A stretch of 64,000 bases of DNA from Thecamonas trahens ATCC 50062 (Eukaryota; Protista; Apusomonadida): positions 310,001-374,000 of the forward strand of contig NW_013657663.1 of NCBI RefSeq assembly GCF_000142905.1, given 5' to 3'. Both the position numbers and the translations under genes were made by a program. Numbering within the stretch: the stretch's first letter is position 1; each line of letters opens with the position of its first letter. This document shows positions 53,946-64,000 of the stretch, piece by piece. Below the pieces are notes generated by a model that worked only from the letters and a program-made list of their open reading frames with translations, had not been told where the DNA came from and did not search any database.

Positions 53946-56063
53946 ATGGACGACGCCTGGTTCCGGGGTGTGTGCCTGCTGGGCCTGGACGTGGCTGCGC
54001 TGCGAACGGCGACGGGGCTGTCGATCTCGCCGCGCATGTTCGACCAGGCCAACACCAAGGGCATGGAGTACATGATCCACTTTCTGCTCTCGACCATCGA
54101 TCCGCAGGCGGCGGCGAAGACTTTTGCCGGCACCTGGCCCGTCCGTGACAGGGACCAGGCTCGCGAGTTTAAGCGCAAGGCATACGCCATGATCGAGCGG
54201 CTGCAGGCTGCCGGCCACCTGCCGCCCAACACCATCCGCATCTCGACCCTACAGGCTGCCTCGGGCCCACGCATGGCTGCTCTGCTCTGGCACCTGACCG
54301 ATCATGCCATCCGCGTTGTCCTCGCTCGCGATCATCCTTCGTACCCGCTCCCGACCCCACCCTCGCTCGAGGCTGGCACAGACGCCGGCCTTGCTCCGGC
54401 GGCAAACGTTGCCCGCGTCTCGCACGCCCTCCGCATCCGCATCCGCGCCCTGCGGGCGGACGTTCAGTCCACCGCTGCTGCGGGTGTTGCGGACCTCGCC
54501 GCGTGGCGTTCGGCAGTTGCAGAGCTGACTGCTTGTGTCAAAGTCGCCCGCGCTGACGCCGACGCAGCAGCTGCCGACGCCGAGCGGCTTGGCATCGCAG
54601 TCTCGGACGAGGCGGATGCCACGCCGGAGGCCATGGACCAAGGCGCCATTACCCGCGACGGCCTCTCGGCAAAGCTGGTGGCCCGCGCTGAGGCACTTAA
54701 GCGTGAGGCCAAGGATGTGCAAGCTGCCGTCGACGAGCTGCAGACCTTTGCGAACCGCACGGCACACCTACACGCCGCCATCTCGTCGGTCTTGGACGGT
54801 TCTGCAAACTCGTCCGTGCTCTCAAAGACAGAGCTGGCGGTCTCGCTCCCGACTGAGCTCGCCGAGAGCATGACTGCCGAGCTCTCGGCGCTGGGTCTCG
54901 AGGTGCCCGGCACCGGCAGCGGACCGCTCCAGCTCGACGCCCTTGTCTCGCTGTGGGGCCTGGCGCTCAAGCGGATGCGACTCTTCCTTGTTCGTCCTTC
55001 ACCTGACAGCGAGGATGCCGGCACATTGGATGCCTGGCCGGGCGTACCGGACCTTACGGCCGCTGCATCGGCCGCCGCGGCTCTTTCCGAGCAGCACGCC
55101 TCGCTCGACGCCGTTGCCACAGCTCGTGCCACCAAACTGGTGGCATCGCTACTCCCAAGTATCGAAGCATCGATTGCACGCCTCGACGCCGCCCTTGACG
55201 ATGCCCGCCGGATGGTCCGCTCGGCGCATGGGGCGCCGGTTCCGGCCACCCCCGGCAAGCGCCCGGCCGTGCTCATTCCGCCGACGCCCGCGGCGACCCG
55301 CCGATACAACCTGGGCGCACCTCGCCCACCGCCCACCCCGGGCGCTGCCGCCGACGCTCTTCTCTCACCGCTCGGAATCCGTGCGCGGGAAAAGGTCCGC
55401 GAGCAGATGCGCAATCTGGCGGTCCAGCGCGTTGCCTCGCATCTGGCGTTTCCGTCATCGTCGTCGTCGACGGTGTCGGCGTCAGCGTCGGCCTCGGACG
55501 CAGAGTCTGAAGCCAGCGACGAGCACCATGACTTTGATGCGCTTGCCAGCATGCTTGCCGACGCTGTTGTTGGTGGCAGTGAAGGCGCGCTGAGGCAGAT
55601 GTCGGACGCCGTCGCTGGGCTGCTCGGCACCCCGCCGCAGGCAGCACTGCAGTTCCACAGCCCCGAGGCGTTTGCCACCCGGCGCGAGCTGGCGAGGACT
55701 CCCGCGGTCCAACGGCAAGTCGAGAACAGCTCGCCGCGTCAGACACCGTTGCCGACCTGGGCTTCGTTCGAATCGCATCACTCGATCGAGTTTGAGGACG
55801 ATGCTGTTTCACATGCCGACGTGTGCGACAGCCGCGATGCCGATGAGGACTGCACCGAGCGGGCCGAGCGCTACGCACTCGAGTCGAGCTACTCGGACGC
55901 CGAGTCCGGCTATGGCTCATCAGAGAGCGACTCGGCGCAATCGTCGTCTGCGGCGTCGGTCTCGGCGGGGCTTTCGTCGCCCAAGCTGCAGCCGGGCTCG
56001 GACGCCTGGCTCCTCACCGACTACGCGCTGACTGATGACCCTCTCTTTGCTGCTTTTGAGTAA
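53946..56063 (+). CDS. HAUS6: HAUS augmin-like complex subunit 6
   Basis: HAUS6_N pattern LLGLD...MFDQANTKGMEYMIHFLL..IDP...FAGTWP..DRDQAREF...SGPRM..LLWHL. Confidence 0.85.
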   Translation: MDDAWFRGVCLLGLDVAALRTATGLSISPRMFDQANTKGMEYMIHFLLSTIDPQAAAKTFAGTWPVRDRDQAREFKRKAYAMIERLQAAGHLPPNTIRISTLQAASGPRMAALLWHLTDHAIRVVLARDHPSYPLPTPPSLEAGTDAGLAPAANVARVSHALRIRIRALRADVQSTAAAGVADLAAWRSAVAELTACVKVARADADAAAADAERLGIAVSDEADATPEAMDQGAITRDGLSAKLVARAEALKREAKDVQAAVDELQTFANRTAHLHAAISSVLDGSANSSVLSKTELAVSLPTELAESMTAELSALGLEVPGTGSGPLQLDALVSLWGLALKRMRLFLVRPSPDSEDAGTLDAWPGVPDLTAAASAAAALSEQHASLDAVATARATKLVASLLPSIEASIARLDAALDDARRMVRSAHGAPVPATPGKRPAVLIPPTPAATRRYNLGAPRPPPTPGAAADALLSPLGIRAREKVREQMRNLAVQRVASHLAFPSSSSSTVSASASASDAESEASDEHHDFDALASMLADAVVGGSEGALRQMSDAVAGLLGTPPQAALQFHSPEAFATRRELARTPAVQRQVENSSPRQTPLPTWASFESHHSIEFEDDAVSHADVCDSRDADEDCTERAERYALESSYSDAESGYGSSESDSAQSSSAASVSAGLSSPKLQPGSDAWLLTDYALTDDPLFAAFE

Positions 56064-56087
56064 GAAAGCTACAGATACGGCCGCGGC

Positions 56088-57848
56088 TCACGAGAGCTCG
56101 GGCACTGCCGTCTCGCGGAGCCACAAGTCATGCAGCAGTGTGTACAGCGCATCTGAGAGGTAGACCCGGTACGGCGATGGGTGCTTGACCTGGGTCTGCG
56201 GCTTGAACACGCCCTGCTGCACCAGACAATGGCTCCGCACGCTCTCCAAGCTCGGGAGTTCGCCCACCACACTCGAGTCCGAGTAGAGGGTGGTGAGGAG
56301 CGGCTCGACCGAGCGCGGCTTGACCCGGACCCGCTCGCCCTCGTTGAGAGGGTGACGGCAGAGGAACGGCTCGCCGGCGCGTGGCGGCTCCTCAGACTCG
56401 AGTACCATGACGTCGAGGATGGGGAACTCGTCGTGGCCATGCAACCGGTAGGCGAGCTTGGCGCCGGGCACCGTCACCTTGGCGATGTTCTGTGAGAGCT
56501 TGATGCGCGGCGCGTCGCCGATCTGCACAAGCTTGAACACGCAGCCGAGCGCAGGCTGGGCCTGACAGGTCACCAGGTTGGTGCCGATGCCAAAGGTGTC
56601 GATCGAGTGCCCCGACTCGGCAATGGTGTGGAGAAAAGCCTCGTTGATCGAATCCGAGGCCACAATGTTGAGGTTGCGGAAAGCGAGCGCCGCCGCGGGA
56701 TCACTCGCCAGCTGCGACGCCGCCGCGGCAAACATGTTGCGGGCAGCAATCGAGAGCGCTGCCAGATCGCCCGAGTCGAGTCGGATGCCGCGCGGCTGGT
56801 ATCCAAGTCGCGCCAGCGCGAGCGCCACAGCCATAAAGTTGGGCACGCCCGAATCGAGCGTCGAGTACGTGTCGACCAGTGCGAGGAAGGTGTCCGGAAA
56901 GGCAACGGCGTAGGCCACAAAGGCTGCAAACTCGCCGGCGTTTGTCGTCTCCGCATCGAATCCAAGCTCGGTCAGACAGCCGGCTGCCTCGGTTGCGAGA
57001 TTGACGCTGCGGCTGCCATCCGCCGACGTCACCGTTGGATCCGGGACGTCATCGAGCGAGACAAACGAACAGACAAATGAGTGCGCGTGGGTGCCACGGA
57101 TCGGGATGCCGAACGCCTTGCCGGCCGCCACGTTGGACGTGCCGTGAAAGCCGCCCATGTACGAGTACTTGGAGGCCGACATGCCACCGTCCGGGCCCTG
57201 TGCGCGGCGAAGGCCAAACTCGAGCAGCCGCGCATCCGGACCTGCGGCCTGCACAAACCGAGCCGCGTTTGTCGCCATCAGCGACGCGTAGTTGACCAGG
57301 TTGAGCAGCGTTGTCTCTAGCAGCTGGCACACGCCGAGCGGGCCCGAGATCCGCAGCAGCGGGAGGCGCGGAAAGACGACTGATCCCTCGGCAATAGCCT
57401 TGACTGTCACACCTGCAGTAGACAGGCCAGCCAACCACTCCAAGAACGGCTCCGACACGCCCGGCAGCGTCTCACGAATGTACTCGATGTCATCAGCCGT
57501 AAAGCCAAAGTGGTCCACCAGCCGCAGGCACTCTTCCAGCCCGGCAAAGATGGTGAACTCGCCCTTGAACGGATGCTTGCGAAAGAACAGATCAAACACC
57601 GCATGCTCCTCATGCCGCCCACCCTTGAAGTATGCGTACTGTCTCATTCCCCACATTCCCGTGAGTGCCCAGCACCAGAACCAACCTTCCATTTCCAGCC
57701 CAGCCCACAGTGACCCTCCCCCCCCCCCCCCCCCGCCCCTACTCCCTCCTCGCATTCATACCGCCATGGTCACCTGGTACAGGTCGTTCAGTAGCGGTGA
57801 CACTGCATTGCTGAATGGCGCCGGGAGTGTCGGTGTGTGGCCTGCCAT
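56088..57848 (-). CDS. NAPRT: Nicotinate phosphoribosyltransferase; exon 1 57848-57762, intron 57761-57639
   Basis: LLNDLYQVTMA|YAYF, FDLFFRKHPF, ETTLLNLVNYASL, EFGLRRAQG, GTHAHSF, LVDTY, GIRLDSGDL, FGIGT. Confidence 0.97.
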
Positions 57849-58078
57849 GACGGCTTAGGTCAAGTGGTGGTGGTGGTGGTGGCGGTGGTGGTGGTGGCCA
57901 CAGCCGCTGCCGCTGCTGTCACCGCCGTTCACCCTCCAACAGCTGTCAACCGGTTAGGTGTGATAGTAGTTGGAGATCGGCCCATGGATGGCATGTTCAA
58001 AGCTTCTGACAATCGCATGGTCAGGGTAAGGCAGACAGGCCGGGCAGGGAGGAGTGTTTCTCGTTGGACAGAATTGTA

Positions 58079-60448
58079 TCAGGCTTGAGGAGCGAGGTGG
58101 TGGCGAAGAAAGGCTGTCATCTTGCGGTAGATGTGGGCGTGCGCGCCGTCGGCGTTGATGCCGTGGTTCTGGTTCGGGAAGGCAAAGCCATCAAAGGCAA
58201 CACCAGCTTGAACAAGCGCCATGTCCAGCTGGGCAGTGTGCGTGTAGCGGACGTTGTCGTCTGCGAGGCCGGCCATGAGCAGAAAGGCGGTGGAGGGAGA
58301 GGCCGGCGGCGGCTCCTTTGCAACCGTGGCCACAACCGATGTTGCGATGTAGCCGTCGCCGTTGGATGCGGGCGTGCCCATGTACCGCTCGGTGTAGATA
58401 GAGTCATACCAGCGCCAGTCGGTTACGGGGGCAACCGAGATGATGGCGGCAAAGGCATCGCGCCCCGCTGGCGATGCAAACGCCGATGCGGCCACAAAGC
58501 CACCAAACGACCATCCAAACAGCGCCATGTGGTCCTCATCGACGTAGGGAAGCTGTGCAACAAACGCTGCAGCAGCAAGCTGGTCGGCCAGCTCCCGCTC
58601 GCCCAGCCGGAGGTAGGTCTGATGCTCGAAAGTGAGGCCACGCCCGCCGGTGCCGGCGCCGTCAACGCAGACCACGATGATCTCCTCCGACGACGCCAGC
58701 GCGAGCTGCCAGCTCGCGCTGTACCGGGCTGTTACCTGCTGCGAGCCCGGGCCCGAGTACTGGTGCATGAGCACCGGATACTTCCGACTCGGGTCAAAGC
58801 TCGGCGGCTTGAGGATGTACCCGAGGTTGTGGATGCCACCGTACGCGCCCGGCACCTCGATAAACTCGCGACTTGCCAGCGCGTATCCGGTGAGCTTGGT
58901 TGCAAGCGCCGCATTGTCCTCCAACACCACCAGTGGCGTGTCGTCAGCAGTGGCATGGACCGTGTAGACTGGTACACTCGGACCGAAGATTACAACCAGA
59001 TAGTGCTCGCGAGTTGGCGAGAGCGAGACCGACGCCCAGGCGTCGGCAGGGCTCAGGCGCTCGGCCGTCGCCTCGCGAGTCGGATCGAGACCGAGGCCGC
59101 GGATGGCAACCAGAGCGCGGGTCCGAGGCGTCGGCGCCGTCTCGACGTAGACCGAGTCCCCGTCCCGGCTCACACCCACAATCCGGGTTACTGGCGCGCC
59201 TGCGTCGAGCCAAGCCACTGGCGCGGTCGAGGTGCTGCCGTCGAGCCTAAACACGCCTACCGCAAGCTCGTTACCATGCGGCTGTAGATCGAGGTACGTC
59301 TGCGTTGCGCCAAGTTCAGAGCTTGATGGGAAGAAGACAGGCTCGGTGAGTTCCAGCCAAGTGTCGGACGCAAGCTCGTTGACAACCGAGCTGGTCCATG
59401 CCCCGGGACCAGCCCGCGTTGCCGCGACCAGGAACCCGTGCTGCTGTGCGCGATCGAGCACGCGCACGGTGAGTACTGACGATGATGCCCACGCCACCTG
59501 GACCACATACTGGTCAGCAGTCCCACGGCCGGCCACAAGTGTGTCCACTAGGACAGGACTAGGCTCGGTGAGGTTGCGAACCCAGAGGGTGACGTTCGAG
59601 TTGGTCCCACCTGGCACCGGATACTTGTAGCGATAGCGCTCAGGATACGGACCAGCACCGGGGTAGACGTCAAAGCCGGTCGACGCCACCTGCGTTTCAT
59701 CAAATCGCAGGTATGCCAGAGACGTGCCGTCGGGCGACCACCAGAGCGTCACGTCGGCTGAGTACACCTCTTCCTCGTAGACCCAGTCTGGTACGCCATT
59801 GAGGACCTCAGAGAGCTTGCCGTCGCTAGTCAACCAGGTGACCAAGCCCCCCAGATCAAGATCGACAACGCCGAGATTGGTGGCGGCAGCGTCGACGACG
59901 GCGAGCCTGGATGCGCCGTCAGGCGCCCACACAGCCTTGCGCAGCCGAGTCTGGCCCAGGACCGCCATCTCTGTTCCTGATGCCACAGTATACACCGCAT
60001 ACACCGCACTCGTCGAGTGGCGGTACAGTCGCTGCGCATCGCGGGCAAGTAGGACCTTGGTTCCGTCCGGCGCGACCGCATACGCGTCGACGTCGGCCAT
60101 GGCGCTCGCCGGGACGAGTTCGACCGGGCGGGTGCTCGCCGAGCCAAAAGCGATCAGCGCGCCCGAGTCTGGATCGACAGCCGTAGCAACCAACGGGCCT
60201 CCGAGCGGCATCCACTGAAAGCGCGGTGAGTTTGGCACCAGATCGCCCGCCACGTATCCGTCGACGTCAAAGACCGTGCCTGTCGGCGCTCCTGGGCCGT
60301 CTGTCCCGCCCCGCGTTGCCGACCCACCGCCAAGCACCAGGACAGCCACCACCAGCGCCACAGCGACCACCACACCTCCACCAACCGCGACACGAAGCAC
60401 CTGGACATGTGAGGACCGCCGGCGTCTCGCGTCCACCACGTTCAGCAT
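58079..60448 (-). CDS. Dipeptidyl peptidase IV family (S9B), type II membrane protein
   Basis: N-terminal signal anchor; NGVPDWVYEEEV; catalytic triad GWSFGG, DDNV, NHGI; YDSIYTERYMG. Start codon approximate. Confidence 0.95.
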   Translation of the reverse strand: MLNVVDARRRRSSHVQVLRVAVGGGVVVAVALVVAVLVLGGGSATRGGTDGPGAPTGTVFDVDGYVAGDLVPNSPRFQWMPLGGPLVATAVDPDSGALIAFGSASTRPVELVPASAMADVDAYAVAPDGTKVLLARDAQRLYRHSTSAVYAVYTVASGTEMAVLGQTRLRKAVWAPDGASRLAVVDAAATNLGVVDLDLGGLVTWLTSDGKLSEVLNGVPDWVYEEEVYSADVTLWWSPDGTSLAYLRFDETQVASTGFDVYPGAGPYPERYRYKYPVPGGTNSNVTLWVRNLTEPSPVLVDTLVAGRGTADQYVVQVAWASSSVLTVRVLDRAQQHGFLVAATRAGPGAWTSSVVNELASDTWLELTEPVFFPSSSELGATQTYLDLQPHGNELAVGVFRLDGSTSTAPVAWLDAGAPVTRIVGVSRDGDSVYVETAPTPRTRALVAIRGLGLDPTREATAERLSPADAWASVSLSPTREHYLVVIFGPSVPVYTVHATADDTPLVVLEDNAALATKLTGYALASREFIEVPGAYGGIHNLGYILKPPSFDPSRKYPVLMHQYSGPGSQQVTARYSASWQLALASSEEIIVVCVDGAGTGGRGLTFEHQTYLRLGERELADQLAAAAFVAQLPYVDEDHMALFGWSFGGFVAASAFASPAGRDAFAAIISVAPVTDWRWYDSIYTERYMGTPASNGDGYIATSVVATVAKEPPPASPSTAFLLMAGLADDNVRYTHTAQLDMALVQAGVAFDGFAFPNQNHGINADGAHAHIYRKMTAFLRHHLAPQA

Positions 60449-60949
60449 CGGCAGGCAAAGTGGCGAGAGAGATGCCAAGCCTGTTCGTGGGCATACAGCG
60501 CAGAGCCGCCGCCTGACGAGTCAGCAGCACCCATCGAGTTCGGACTCGGCCATCCTTACGCCATCTGTTGTGCAATAGTAGAGAACAGAGGCAATCGACG
60601 GGGCGGGCATGGCCAGGCCGTGCCGATCGTGTTGTCCCGGACCGGATCAACCGGATCGGATCATCAGACAGATAGAGGCGATTTCGATCGGAGCGAGGGA
60701 GCTCCGATGCCCATGCAAACCATGGAATGTAAGCAAGCCGTGAGCGTTAGGCTAGCAGTGTGTGTGAGGTGGGTGGTTGGTTGGGGTGGGTGAGCATAGG
60801 TTGGATGGCAGCGGCCGAGCCCGCATGGCTAACCTGCCGTCGGACTGTCACTGGGTAGCGGAGGAGGGACAGGGACGAAGGGCAAGAGGGGGGGGGGGGG
60901 GGGGGGATGGACCACACGACTCCAACAAGACTAAGGCAGACAGCAGAGG

Positions 60950-62385
60950 ATGCGGCCAACCGTGCTTGTAGCAGCAGTGGCAGCAGCAGTGGCTGGGTGC
61001 ATTGCACAGGCACAGGGTGCGCTGGAGACTGACCACTGGCGGGCCGAGACGTGTACGTGAAGTGAGGGGGGAAGGGGAAGGGGGAGGGAGGGGAAGGGGG
61101 AGGGGAGGGGGGGGGGGGGGGGGGGAGGGAGGAAGGAGTACTCATACATGTATGCCATCTGTTTGTGTGGTTGTGCCTGTGGGTGGGTGTGTCTACTGGT
61201 GCGGCCGGCTGCGGTGCGGTCGGCGGCGGCGCGGTCGGCGGCGGTGTGCGTATCTACGGCGGGGAATACGGTCGGCTGGGACGTGTGGGACGTGGCGTGG
61301 TGAGGACAGTCGCGGAGCAGGGAGGGTTCTTGGGAATGTGGTGGGTGGCGGCGATGGTACTGATTGCGTACACGATTCTGTTTGGAGTCTTCAAGCACGC
61401 CTTTCTCACTCGCTGGCATCTGTTGGCGCTGGTGGACTTGGCTCTGATGCTGCTGATGTTTGTCCTCCGATGGGGCGTCTATCTGGAGGCCTTTGTGGGG
61501 AGCTACTCGGCTAATGTGTTCTTTGACTTTCTAACTCTGCTCTTCCAGCTCGCGCTCGTCACCGACATGCTTTTCCTGTGGCTCTACGAGTATAACCGGT
61601 TCACGCGGATGACGCTTGTTCGCCGCTCGTCATTCTGCTACACGCTCATCCTCCAGCCGTCGTTCTCGCTCTGGATCATCGCCGCAGTTCGAGCGGTGGT
61701 TTCGACGGGCCTGCTGGCGGTCGCGGTCTTCTACGCGGCCGAAGAGACCAAGAACCAGGAGTTTGTGGGCAGGATGTACTTTGTGGCACATCTTGTGGCG
61801 TTAATCTTCTACGCCGTCTTCCCGATTGCGATCTTCAACGCGCTGCTCTCGGCATACTCGTACTCGAAGAAGGTGCGAAAGTCCGGGCGGCGGGTCCTTC
61901 GTGAGATCTCGTTCTCATATCTGTATGTGCCGGCCGGCGCTGTGGTCTACTTTTTCATCTTTGCGCTCTGGCTCGTCATCTCGCGGCAGAACCTTGGCCT
62001 GCAGCGGACAACGTCGGGCATTGTGTCCATCCAGATTGACACCCATGAGGCGATGAAGACGCCACTCTTTGCGGTCGCCATCCTGCTCGTCCTTGCCTTC
62101 CGCATTCGGGACTACCAGGAGATGCGTGACCTGGCCATGTTTTCGGACGACGAGGAGGAAGCACTCGAGCAGACCGCGCGGACCACAGCCCGCGCACCGG
62201 GCGGTGCCATGCCCATTGTCCGCAAGGTCTCCCGTGAGTCGTACGTCCACTACCCGGTCCAGGATCCGGGCTCTGCCGACGACCCGCACTCATCCGAGTA
62301 CACCTTTGCCACCGACGCCACCATGTCGACCGAGACCACTACCGATGATGGCTCGGGCTCGGGCTCGTCCTCGTCCTCATCGTAG
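60950..62385 (+). CDS. Signal peptide plus about 7 TM segments, uncharacterised; exon 1 60950-61052, intron 61053-61309
   Basis: MRPTVLVAAVAAAVAGCIAQA...WRAET|FAEQGG joins in phase via GTACGT...ACTCAT...CAG; repeated hydrophobic helices; acidic Ser/Thr tail. Confidence 0.7.
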
Positions 62386-62421
62386 AATGGGCACATGTGA
62401 TGCCTTTAAAGTTGCCATGGG

Positions 62422-64000
62422 CTAGTCAAAGCCCGAGTCCTCCGAGTCCCAGTCTTCGGTCTCGCTCTTCTTCTCGTCGTTCTCCCATGCAATGTCGGCG
62501 TACGAAGGCGGTGCGTCAGTGACAGAGTATGCCGGAAGCTCGGGGGCGCTGGCCGCTCCTGAACCAAAAACAGGATCGATGGGATGATCTGTTGGGAGTC
62601 GCCCGATCCGACCACCAGCTGGTACGGAACGGTGCCGACGACCTGGCCGAGCGTTGAGAGCGGCGAGCGGAGGAGCATGTACGCGCGCATCTCGGCGAGC
62701 AGCGGGTACCCACGGAGCTTGAGAGCAAACGCGAGTTGCTCGCGAATGCGCCGGGCACCGTAGCGGCCCTTGATCGGCTTCCAGCCGCGCTGGATGCGGA
62801 GGCCGATGCGTTCAAAATAGTCGGCCATGGAAGTCTTGACGGCGGCCGGGGCCAGCGCAGAGGTGTGTAGCGTGTCGCCGTGGGTGGTCCAGACCGAGAA
62901 GGCGCGCGGCGCTGGTTGCGCCACCCCGCTCGGAACCGCTGGCACAAACAGCGTTGCGGTGTTGGCAACAAGCGAGCCGACAATGACACCAAGTGACCAG
63001 CGCTCCTGCAGCAGCTGCCAAATGTGCGGGAGGCTCGACATCAGCATGTGGTTGGTCCAGCTGAGCGGATAGCCGCGGAAGACGAGCTTGTCCTCGCGGC
63101 CCCACTTGCTGCTTGCGTGAGCTTCGCGCTTGACAGCCAGCGGCGGGGTCTCAGCCAGACGCGCGGCGTGCCCCGGGTCAAAGTTGACCACCGACTCGGG
63201 CGTGTAGCCGACAATGTCGGCCGACTCGGCGATAATGCCGGCAAAGATCGGGTGAAACTCATCGGGTGTGCTGGCAGAGAATCTGACGGTATCTGCGGTG
63301 AGCGAGATGGCCATGTAGGGCATCTCCCTCGCTGCATCCGGGTTGTAGCGCACGAGAAAGGTCCGCTCCGTGAGCGGAGTCTCTATCATGAGGCCGACAG
63401 CAGCGGCGGCAGTAAAGACGTCCGCGGCAGCAGTCAAAGACTGCATGGGGTAGCCCTTGAACTTGACCCGCCAGCGCTCATAGACGGGCATGCCGTCCTT
63501 GCCTGCCTTGGCCACGATGCCGTGCTTGTCGAGCGTCCGATGGAAGCGCGGCGCCTTCTGGGCCTTGTACAGCTCAGAGATCCCCACAAACGAGGCGGCG
63601 AGGGCGGTGATTGGTGCAATCGGCCCGCGGCCGGAGAGATACAGCTCATCCGAGCCAAAGGTGAGCACAAAGAGCTCTCCGACCGGCGGCGGAGGGTCGA
63701 GCGCTCCGCGTGGCCAGCAGATGAGCTCCGAGTAGTTGCCAAGAGTGAGGTAGGCGTAGCCGAGGGCAGTCATGGTATCGATGAGCAGGGTCCAGACCAA
63801 GCCTTTGGTGTTCACGTTCATGTAGCCCTTGAACTTAGCGACCGTCCTGAGGGCGGTGGTCATCCCGGCCTTCTTGGTGAACAGATCGCGCTGCAGCAGT
63901 CGCCCGGCATCGACAAAGACTTTCACGATGTGGTCCATGACCTCGGGCGGCGTGGCAGGCGAGAACGCGAGCGAGTCGCCCTGGTACAGGCTGACCACAA
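62422..64000 (-). CDS. Uncharacterised protein with at least 4 internal repeats of about 125 aa; 5' end outside the window; apparent frameshift at about 62544
   Basis: Motif (K/V)(F/L)(K/R)GY(P) recurs four times. One added base gives the C-terminus PELPAYSVTDAPPSYADIAWENDEKKSETEDWDSEDSGFD*. Confidence 0.7.

Noticed and set aside
62411-62424. X-box-like GTTGCCATGG
   Set aside because: Lies between two convergent stop codons, not in a promoter.
1-64000. Hundreds of long antisense or alternative-frame ORFs (e.g. 5393-6607, 10160-11707, 47453-48697, 58064-59287)
   Set aside because: Shadow ORFs expected from high GC and codon bias; each overlaps a recognisable gene and has no motif of its own.

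Overview
Gene-dense, GC-rich eukaryotic nuclear DNA, not prokaryotic: it has spliceosomal GT-AG introns and three N gaps. The gene set (IFT122, TSC2, GPR137, Rod/KNTC1, HAUS6, Med15-like) indicates a flagellated protist related to opisthokonts. An apusomonad such as Thecamonas is my unverified guess. I call 26 protein genes plus one weak small ORF. Recognisable genes are IFT122 (partial), GPR137-like, RhoGDI, OST48/DDOST, EIPR1/TSSC1, TSC2, Med15-like, an EF-hand mitochondrial CoA-type carrier, a giant FG-GAP/beta-helix/multi-TM surface protein, a CE2-type SGNH esterase, Ran, a catalytically dead E2, MBF1, Nup85, Rod/KNTC1, HAUS6, NAPRT and DPP4. Thirteen apparent frameshifts split real genes in the ORF track. 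Twelve are fixed by adding one base, usually in a G/C run, so they are most likely assembly errors. I found no rRNA, tRNA, CRISPR array or transposase. The most interesting items are: (1) a protein that appears to combine an RPA70N-like OB fold with a CW zinc finger inserted into it, a SUMO-like domain and a RING, head-to-head with Rod across E2F-like sites; (2) a degenerate DUF294-like nucleotidyltransferase-TPR gene head-to-head with the dead E2; (3) an AT-rich island with adjacent perfect hairpins between Ran and the E2; (4) a consistent ACTCAY branch-point intron grammar. All family assignments come from motif recognition by eye, not from database searches.
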